Virus record (IMG/VR): IMGVR_UViG_3300014050_000003
Location: 57,059 to 121,058 of that record
Direction: 5' to 3' (one strand)
From: a virus
Length of the DNA: 64,000 bases
Shown: positions 46,052 to 54,900 of the stretch, piece by piece
Position numbering within the stretch: position 1 is the first letter of the stretch
Layout: each line of letters starts with the position of its first letter
Notes under the pieces: model-generated
Databases searched by the model: none
What the model saw: the letters and a program-made list of their open reading frames with translations, nothing else
Told to the model about the DNA's origin: nothing
Translations under genes and position numbers: made by a program

Positions 46052-48472
46052 TCACACGGCATTAAATCTATAAGATTCAGATACATAAATTGGTTGCTCT
46101 TTAGAGTATTTTTGTTGATATTCTTGTATAGAGTCATTATTACAAGATAATAATATATAATCATCAAACTCTTTTTGTAAAATGCCATTAAGCCATACCA
46201 TATCTGATCCATAATTAGGTTTTAAATCAAAGAATCCAGTATTTGATCCTGTTATAGATTTCACTGCATTATCTTCTAATATATAAATTTCACCAGTCGT
46301 TAATAAAGTACTATTATTTAATGCAATATAAGAAGTCATAGTCAAATTATCGCCATAATAAGTTAAATTATCACCATAATATAGTAAATCTCCAAAATTA
46401 TATTCAAATAAATAATGATAATTATAATTATTTATTAATTTTTGACCATTTAAAAATAAATTTAATCCGCTAGATTGAGTAACAATTCCTGAAATTTCAT
46501 TTTGTCCAATATAGTCAAATTTCTGCTCAAAACTATTAAGCGGAAATTGTTTATAAAATACATTATCTTTATTATCTTTTTTATAAGGATCAATTATAAA
46601 TTGTTTAATATTATTAATATTATAATATCCAGACATTATATCTACTCCATTAAAAAATACAAGATTTTTATTATTATTTAAATTGGTTTCAGAAGTATAA
46701 ACGTTTCCGCCTAAACTATAAGTAGTACTTCTTAGGTTATCAAAAAGCTCATAACTTTGAACTTCTATAAAATCTTTATTGTCTACAGGTTTATAAAGTA
46801 TAAGATAATTTTTACTAAAAAGATTTGCATTGCCAGAATCATAATCTTGTATAGTAATTCCACTTTGAATAGAAGAAGTAGAAGCAGATTGCACTAATTG
46901 ATATCGAATTACTTCTCCAGTTAAAAGACCAGTTATTCCAGACTTAACATAAAAAATACAATTATCTGAACAATTTGTTACTTTTTGCGCTTCAACTAAT
47001 TCATATCCAGTTATTCCTGTACCAATATATCCAGTAGTTAAATATCCACTAGATAAAAGATTATAATTTGTTTCTATAATAGTTTGAGAGCCAGTATGTT
47101 CTCCAGTTTTAATAAAAAATTTAGATAAAGAAAGCTCAGTAGTTGGATTTAAAAATTTACCAGTAAACAATAAAACATCACTTAATAAACCTCTATAGCC
47201 AGTATAATAATTTCCATTATAACCACTAAAATTATTACCAATATATATTTCTTTGTCTTGATTTAAAAAGTTGTAAGTTGTATTAATTGATTCATAATAA
47301 TTTCTATTAGCTAAAAAATCATGATAACAAACTGAAATAGTATTTCCATAACCATTTAAAGATATAATATTTTGGTTACTTAATTCTCCAGTGCAAATTT
47401 TATTAAATCTAATAGAATTTCCACTATACATTCCAGAAAATTCAAATATTAATTTATAATTATTATTAATTGCAACTTTTATATCGAATGGATAAGATGA
47501 ATTATTTTTTGATCTTAGATTTATCAATGATTGAGCTTTGCCTAATAAAAAATCAGATGGAACAGAACCAGTTTTATTTAAAAATTGTTTTGGTAATTTA
47601 CTTATAATACCTTTATTTATCAATTGATTATTAGATCCATCAAAATATGACCAATCTCCATAACTTCCATAATCTTCAAATAAGCCGCTTCTATTAAAAA
47701 CTAAATATTTCTCACTTGGGGCAGAAAATTTAATTCCAGAAATATAAGAAAAACTTCTATTATAAGGTTCATTTTGAATAAATATTGTATATGGATTATT
47801 TAAATCTTCAACGTCAATATCTATATAATCTGGATTGCATCCATAACTTTTTATATTTAACATTAAATTAAAATTTTCAGAAGACAAATCTTTAGATACT
47901 TTTAATCTATCGTTTCCTTCGAAATAAGCCATCCCAGTATATTGATAATTTTTATCATAACAATTAGTAAGAAATCCTGGATAATAATCTTGAATAATAT
48001 ATTTATCGCTATTATGTTTTACAATAAATGCTCCGCCGCTAACTGATATATTTTTATTTGTAGTTGTATCAAATCGTAAAATAGAATTTGCAGGGATAAC
48101 ATAATTATTTGCATTTGTAGCAAAATCATTATAAGTCCAAGTATTTTGATCTATTGTAAAAAATATTTCATTATTTATCATTAATGCATCATTACCATAT
48201 ATTTCAAATTGATTTGGATTAAATATTTCAGCTAAGGTATTATTTGTAGCAGATTTAAATCTATATATTGCATCAGAATTAAAAGTATTAGACTTTAATG
48301 ATGTTAAATTTATTTCTCCATCTTTTAATCCATATTGATCTATATTTGAATTTATTAAATTTTTAACGAAAAATCCAGAAGTGTTACCTTGCTCAAAATT
48401 ATAAAATATACAATTTATACCAGTATCAATATAATTATCATTTAAGAATTTATTTAAATATTGTAATTGCAT
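46052..48472 (-). CDS. Virion structural protein with a LamG/ConA-like region
   Basis: IYIGNN...YRGLLSDVLLF; repeated VFFNG/LFLNGQKL/VWLNGILQ strands; TG-rich. Confidence 0.6.
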   Translation of the reverse strand: MQLQYLNKFLNDNYIDTGINCIFYNFEQGNTSGFFVKNLINSNIDQYGLKDGEINLTSLKSNTFNSDAIYRFKSATNNTLAEIFNPNQFEIYGNDALMINNEIFFTIDQNTWTYNDFATNANNYVIPANSILRFDTTTNKNISVSGGAFIVKHNSDKYIIQDYYPGFLTNCYDKNYQYTGMAYFEGNDRLKVSKDLSSENFNLMLNIKSYGCNPDYIDIDVEDLNNPYTIFIQNEPYNRSFSYISGIKFSAPSEKYLVFNRSGLFEDYGSYGDWSYFDGSNNQLINKGIISKLPKQFLNKTGSVPSDFLLGKAQSLINLRSKNNSSYPFDIKVAINNNYKLIFEFSGMYSGNSIRFNKICTGELSNQNIISLNGYGNTISVCYHDFLANRNYYESINTTYNFLNQDKEIYIGNNFSGYNGNYYTGYRGLLSDVLLFTGKFLNPTTELSLSKFFIKTGEHTGSQTIIETNYNLLSSGYLTTGYIGTGITGYELVEAQKVTNCSDNCIFYVKSGITGLLTGEVIRYQLVQSASTSSIQSGITIQDYDSGNANLFSKNYLILYKPVDNKDFIEVQSYELFDNLRSTTYSLGGNVYTSETNLNNNKNLVFFNGVDIMSGYYNINNIKQFIIDPYKKDNKDNVFYKQFPLNSFEQKFDYIGQNEISGIVTQSSGLNLFLNGQKLINNYNYHYLFEYNFGDLLYYGDNLTYYGDNLTMTSYIALNNSTLLTTGEIYILEDNAVKSITGSNTGFFDLKPNYGSDMVWLNGILQKEFDDYILLSCNNDSIQEYQQKYSKEQPIYVSESYRFNAV

Positions 48473-48489
48473 AAATTATATTACATCCT

Positions 48490-50340
48490 TTACTTTGGAA
48501 ATACGGCATCCCATGCTTTTGAAATTATTTCTATACTAGCTTTTGTATTTCTAATTCTTCCGTCTTTTTCTTTTTGAACATCAAATTTTTTATTTATAAT
48601 TTCGCCCTCAGGTGGCGCTAAAAGTTCAGATCCAATACCTTCTGGGCTTACATTACCGCCTGGTTTTGTTTTTACATTTATGTCATAATTAGATCTTAAA
48701 GGAGTATATATATCAAAATCTTGAAATATATAATTATTTTTTTGCAAAGTTGGATTTTGACTAAAATACCAAACTGGTAATTGTTTGTTTACTGAATAAT
48801 CTGCTTCTGCTGCATAAGATGGAGTTTCTTTATCATCAAAAGTAGCAGATAAACTAACTTTTCCTAAAGATTTATTATTTTTTGTATCTAATTTTATTAA
48901 TCTAAGAGGATAAGAAAATTCATATGAATTAAATTCAATAAATCCACTATACAAATTTGTAGCGATACTACTCAATGCTCCTACAGCACTTGAATAAGTT
49001 GATTGAGCAATTGCATATCTACTAGCCAAAGATCCTCCTCTTACGATGATATCTGCGTTTAAATTTATACTAATTATTTGAGATATTTCATCTCGTGAAA
49101 TATTAGATGTATAAGATATATAAGGATTAGGTAAACTTAAATTATCATATTCAAATTGAAAATCAATACTATGTGCCCCAGAGTTTTCATTTATAGTATA
49201 AGATAATGGAATTGGATTTATATATCCATTATAAAATGAATTTATATTTCCGCTTAATTTTGAAAATAAGTTTGGCTTAATATTAGAATTAAAATTAGAT
49301 CTTAATTGATCAAAATCTCCATTTATTGGAGAGTCTGAATATTCACCTTTTATTGAAAAATTGACAACATCTTGTTCTGCGCCAGAATTATATTCTGTTG
49401 CATATTTTAAGATTCCATAATTAGCATGATCACCATGTAAATCTTTTGTATAAGTTTCTTGAATAGAATAAGTACTATCTATTCTATTAATAGATTCTTT
49501 TTGTTCTAATAATATAAAATTTCCACTATTTATTTGAATATTAAAAGATGGGTCCCAATTAGAAACAGGTATATTTGCTGGATTTATACTTGGATTTGTT
49601 GAAATCATTTCAATAGTACTATTATAAAAAGTCCAATATTCAGAAGCAAAATGACTAGGAGCCTCTATAATATAATTACTATTTGATTGATTAGTCCAAA
49701 TAACTCTTTCTCCAAATGAACTTTTATTATAAATTCCATCATAACCATTTGTATTTGATACAGTTATTGACTCTGGATTACCAATATTATCTTCTATATA
49801 AAGATTAGGAATGCCATTTAATCCAGTAAATTGATTAACAAAACTTATAGCATTATTTAGGGCATTTGAATAATTAGTTGATGATGTATTTATGCCTTGA
49901 GCAGAAACATTATGATTTAAAGTTAATGTATTATTTTGTTTATTTATTGTAAATTGATTAACTGGGTTTTGTACATTATAATTAAAATCTTTGGCTATTA
50001 AGTCTACTTCATATTTCAATATGCCATTATAAACTCCTTCACTAAAGTTTATAGAATTAACTATAACTCCACTTTTTTCATAAATTTTACTTAAATTAAT
50101 AAAATCATTTCCTGTAACTTCATATATTTCAAAAGTTTTAAAATCTTGATTAAATTTATTTATAAGTCCTTGTTGATAACCAGTAAGATCAGAATATCTG
50201 CCAGTAAGTTGACCAATTAGTTTAATTTTATCTATATTACCTAATTTTTGGCCATTAAAAACATGACTTCTTTCTAGCGTCACAAACGGAGTTGGTGAAC
50301 CTATTTCTATGTTATTATATTTTATTACATTAATGCTCAT
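48490..50340 (-). CDS. Putative tail structural protein
   Basis: Tail module position; repeated beta-rich units similar in style to the upstream gene. Confidence 0.6.
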   Translation of the reverse strand: MSINVIKYNNIEIGSPTPFVTLERSHVFNGQKLGNIDKIKLIGQLTGRYSDLTGYQQGLINKFNQDFKTFEIYEVTGNDFINLSKIYEKSGVIVNSINFSEGVYNGILKYEVDLIAKDFNYNVQNPVNQFTINKQNNTLTLNHNVSAQGINTSSTNYSNALNNAISFVNQFTGLNGIPNLYIEDNIGNPESITVSNTNGYDGIYNKSSFGERVIWTNQSNSNYIIEAPSHFASEYWTFYNSTIEMISTNPSINPANIPVSNWDPSFNIQINSGNFILLEQKESINRIDSTYSIQETYTKDLHGDHANYGILKYATEYNSGAEQDVVNFSIKGEYSDSPINGDFDQLRSNFNSNIKPNLFSKLSGNINSFYNGYINPIPLSYTINENSGAHSIDFQFEYDNLSLPNPYISYTSNISRDEISQIISINLNADIIVRGGSLASRYAIAQSTYSSAVGALSSIATNLYSGFIEFNSYEFSYPLRLIKLDTKNNKSLGKVSLSATFDDKETPSYAAEADYSVNKQLPVWYFSQNPTLQKNNYIFQDFDIYTPLRSNYDINVKTKPGGNVSPEGIGSELLAPPEGEIINKKFDVQKEKDGRIRNTKASIEIISKAWDAVFPK

Positions 50341-51995
50341 TTTGGTTTTACCGAAAGTATATTTAAATCTAATCCAAAATTTAAATTAGAATCATAAGTT
50401 AAGGCGGCGCTATTTAAAATATGGTCTTGTCCAATATTTTCAATACGTTTTAATGCCTCATCTTTTAATCCCGACATATAATAATCAATAAAATTATTTC
50501 CCCAAATTAATGCATTTCCAGTTGGTCTTTTTAAAATTCCTTTTATAGAAGAATTTGTATTCGATAATTGGACTTGTTCGTAACCTTGACCTCTACTAAA
50601 ATAAAAATTTTTATTATCTTTATTTGGTATAATATATTCTTTTGTCATTAAAGATAAATCATCGTATTGATTTCCAACTTCTAATCTTTTAACATATTTT
50701 GCAATTCCAGTTGTTCCTGTAATTAAAAAATTATCATTTGTTTTTTTAATACTATATGAAAAATTTTTCCCATAAGTAATATTATTGATATCTCCAAAAT
50801 AAATTAAATTTAAATCATTTGAAGTATTTATTGGTTTATAATCTGAATAACTATTTAAAGCTTCTTGATATGTACTTTTAAATTTTAAAAAAGCATCTGA
50901 TGTTTTTGATATTTGACCTATAATTGCGCTAGTTAATTTTACATTCCCATTTCTAGTATAATAATTAATTCCATCATTTCCTTGTTCTAAGGTTATCTCA
51001 TACATATGAATTAAGCCGCTATAAAAATTTATATTATCTGTATAAGAGATATTATAATTTAAACTATTAGTATATTTATCAAAAGTTGTGCCAATGGTAA
51101 ACGCTTCCCTATTAACCGAAGAAGAATAATAATTTAATGCAAGAGCATTACACCTTTCAAATGAACCAGAAATTTCTGTATTTAAATATTTTTTAGCTGT
51201 ATATTCGTCTGTATTTTGAAGTCCTAAAATTTTTCCATTTTCCGTTACAGTAAGAACGCCTTCTGCATTTCTTGAAGAAGTATTGGTGAGTTCTAAAGAA
51301 TAACCTGTTTTATAATTTTCATCAATTTGTATATTTTTTTGAAATGATGCAGATTTGTTAATTAGATCATAGTTTTCTTGTATAACATTTTGCTTAAACA
51401 TTAAATCATTATAAAAACCAGAAAATTTTCCAAATAAACCTAGATAAACTCCAGAGTCATTGTATATAGAATTTGCTAAATTTTTAGATTTTAAAATTAT
51501 ATCTGATTCGTCATTATAAAATTGAATATCCAGATTATGGTCATATGAATACTTTCCATTTTGAAGATGATTAAAATTTAAAGTCTCAGAAAGATTTAAA
51601 AGTTTACTATCAATTGAATTTAATCCAGATCCATGCTTGCTATCAATTGGAAATGTATTAAAATTTCCACTTTCTACTATTTCTATAGTATAAACATAGT
51701 CTTCAACAAAAATAGGATTTTCTTTAGGAAAAGAGATGTTAACTATTCTTCCATGCCCTAGATTATAATTATTTACTATGATTTCTTCATATTGACCAGT
51801 ATTGTTATTTAATATATTTAAAATACCACTATAAGTTTCTTTGACTCCTTGTGCGTCTGAGTTTGTGTATCTGTTATATAAAATTCCATTTAATTTTAAA
51901 TTTTTAGTAGTGCTTATTAATAAATTTTCCCCGCGAGAATAATTTTTATTCAAATCATAAGTTAATAAAGTCGCGTTTTCAAATATATAGCTCAT
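50337..51995 (-). CDS. Putative distal-tail structural protein
   Basis: Immediately downstream of the tape measure; GHGRIVNISF motif; beta-rich. Confidence 0.6.
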   Translation of the reverse strand: MSYIFENATLLTYDLNKNYSRGENLLISTTKNLKLNGILYNRYTNSDAQGVKETYSGILNILNNNTGQYEEIIVNNYNLGHGRIVNISFPKENPIFVEDYVYTIEIVESGNFNTFPIDSKHGSGLNSIDSKLLNLSETLNFNHLQNGKYSYDHNLDIQFYNDESDIILKSKNLANSIYNDSGVYLGLFGKFSGFYNDLMFKQNVIQENYDLINKSASFQKNIQIDENYKTGYSLELTNTSSRNAEGVLTVTENGKILGLQNTDEYTAKKYLNTEISGSFERCNALALNYYSSSVNREAFTIGTTFDKYTNSLNYNISYTDNINFYSGLIHMYEITLEQGNDGINYYTRNGNVKLTSAIIGQISKTSDAFLKFKSTYQEALNSYSDYKPINTSNDLNLIYFGDINNITYGKNFSYSIKKTNDNFLITGTTGIAKYVKRLEVGNQYDDLSLMTKEYIIPNKDNKNFYFSRGQGYEQVQLSNTNSSIKGILKRPTGNALIWGNNFIDYYMSGLKDEALKRIENIGQDHILNSAALTYDSNLNFGLDLNILSVKPK

Positions 51996-51998
51996 ATG

Positions 51999-54900
51999 TT
52001 ATTTTTTAGTTGGTGGTAGTCTTTGACCTCCTACGCTAACAATTCTTTCATTAAAGCTACTTGTTAAGTCTTTTATTTGATTTTCTAAATCTGTTTTTAA
52101 TGTGCTCAATGAGTTTTCTATTTCTTTTGTTATATTTTCTTTAATATTATCTATAGATTCACTATTAACAGTAAATTCAATTGGTCCATTTGATTGATTG
52201 ATCTCTACGCCAATATTACCTTTAAGAGATAGATCTGTATTTTTAATTTCTATTTGAGACATTCCAGCAGTTAAATTATTTAATGCTTGAGATGTATTTT
52301 GGAAATTTACTCCTGGCTGATTTGGTAAACCGCTAGTTTGGTTTGGCCTTGTTAATCCATTACTAAATGCGCTAAAATTAGCATTAATAGAAGCAACATT
52401 TTTACTAATATCTAAAATTGCTCTTTGACTTTGAATCGCTTCTTCTACTTGAGTTCTAGCTATTTCACCTGATCTTGCTCCAATTTTATTGTATTCTCCA
52501 GCTAAACCATATTCTCCTTGAGATCTTAATAATCTAGCTATTGCTGACGTTTGAAATTCTATATCTTTAGCTCTTCCAGATATTGCTCTTTCTTTTAAAG
52601 ATCCAAGATTCATTCCTTCTAAACTTCCTCCAAACATTTTTACTGTATCTAGTAATGTACCCGCTGAAGCTCTGCCACCAACTGGAGTTCTTAAACCTTG
52701 AATATTAGTAATTAAAGAATCTATTGTACTATTTGATTGAGGATTAATATAAGATTCTAAACCTCCAAAAGATCTAATATCTTTTTGTTTTTGTATTGAG
52801 GCTGCTTGAATTTGATTGTTGATTCTTGTTAATTCTGTTTGTTTAATTTGTTGAGCATTTAAATCTAATAAGGCTCTTTGATTATCTGCTAAAATATTAT
52901 TCGCTTGAGTTTGAAGATCTATAGCTTTACTTCCGTATGCAGTTCCTCCAAAAAATTGATTAAATGAATTAGTTATTTCTTGACCAATTTGATCTGCTGA
53001 TTTGCCGCTTGTTGCAAGCTGACCTAAAACTGTTTGAAATTGATTTAATTTTTGTACATCTACTTTTGGAGTCTGACCAGGGACATTTTCTTTCTTAAGA
53101 TCTAAAAATGTTTTATAACCTTCTTGTAAAACATCAGATCGAGCTTTTGTTTCTTGATCTTTATATTTTTGAGCAAATTCTAATTGTTGTTTAGCCGTTT
53201 CAATTAAATTTTGATATTCTCTTGCGCTTTGAGGACCCATAGAGCTACGATTATATTCTAATAATCCACTTGCTCTTTGAAGTTGAATATCTTCAGTATT
53301 AAAGGCTAATTTATCTTTGTATTCTTGTTGAATATCGCCGATTTGAATTAATCTTTGATAAAAATTATCTAATGCATCTTGCCTAGCTTTTTCTAAATCA
53401 AGCGTTCTTTGTTTTTCTGCATTATCTTTGTTTATTAATTCAACTTCTTTCGCTCTTTCATCTGCTAATTTTTTAGCTTCTTCTCCACCGATTACTTCCT
53501 CTAATAATTTAGTTAAAATACTTTGTATTAATTGTTGAGCTGCTTGTTCGCCTTTAGGTCCGCCTTGCTCAGATAGTCTACGTATAGATTCTATAGCGTC
53601 TTGCCTAAATCCTAAAGATTTTAAATCTTTTTCGCTATATGAAGCATTTTTTGCTGTTTTAAATAAATCCATTCCTCCAGTAGAAAGCATTTGTTTTAAT
53701 TTTTCTTTAGCGTCTGAACTTTCAAAACCTTTTTGAGCAAAAACTTTTGCATATCTTTCTTGTTCACCAAAGCTTAAAGGCGATCCAGTTATTCCTCCTC
53801 CAATGGATTCTCTTGGATTTGTTAATGGTTTAAATGAAAGAGATTCAAAAAATCTAGCAAATTCATTTCCAGTTCTTTTATTTAATATATCTTCAAATCC
53901 AGCGGCACCTTTGTAATAAGATTCTTCATTAGCTAAATCTGATTGTATTTTAGACATTTGATCAAGCAAATCTGTATAATTAGTTATAGATACAAGTTGT
54001 TTTCTATAAGCTTCTGGAATTTGTTGAGCAGCATTCACTAAATCTTGATTTAATTTTCCTATAGTATCTGGTGAAGTTTTTGGATCTTTATGTGCTTCTT
54101 CTAATTTTTGTAATATATCAGCATATTTTTGAGAACTATTTCCAAAATCAGTTAATGTTTGGCCAGATTCTTCGGCTTTTTCTGCTAATTTTGTAGATTT
54201 TTCTTTTAATAAATTACCTATCGTTCCAAATGTTCCAGTAATAGCAAGAACTTCTGCTGATAAAATTCCAAATTTACCAGGTATTACTTGGGCCGCTGTC
54301 CCTGCTAAAGTTAAAGTAGAACTAAATCCCTCTATTGCTGCTGATAATTTTGGAGAATTTTTGGTTGCTTCTTGTAATAATCCACTAGCTAAAGACAATC
54401 CTATAGAAGCTTGTATTAATCCTCCTTTATATTTTTGAACTGATTGTGGAAGAGCATTGTCATCAAATATTACTTTAACTTTAGAAATAGAAGTTCCTAA
54501 TGCGCTCATTTTTGCTATTAAAGTATTCGCTTGTTGCGCCATTGTTGCTAGAGGTACATAGATTCCTTGAGCATTCATATATTTAAGTGGTGAGACTGCA
54601 GCTGCTGCAGCAAAATTTGGTATATAACCACCATATGCTCCAGCTTTTCTCGCTGCAGATCTAGAACCATATCTATTAATTCCTTGATTTAATCCATTAG
54701 GCTCATCTTTTGTATTATATACTCCAAGACCTAAAGGATTGCTATTTGAAGCTAAATCTGAAGAAGCTCCGATTCTAATTGAAGAAGCGGGAACACCAGA
54801 AGAAATTTCTCTCCCTATGGCTTCTTTTAATCCAGAAAAATTAGGAATAAATCCTTTTGCCGAGTATTGAGCTGGTATATTTTTAATTCCAGCTAATTGG

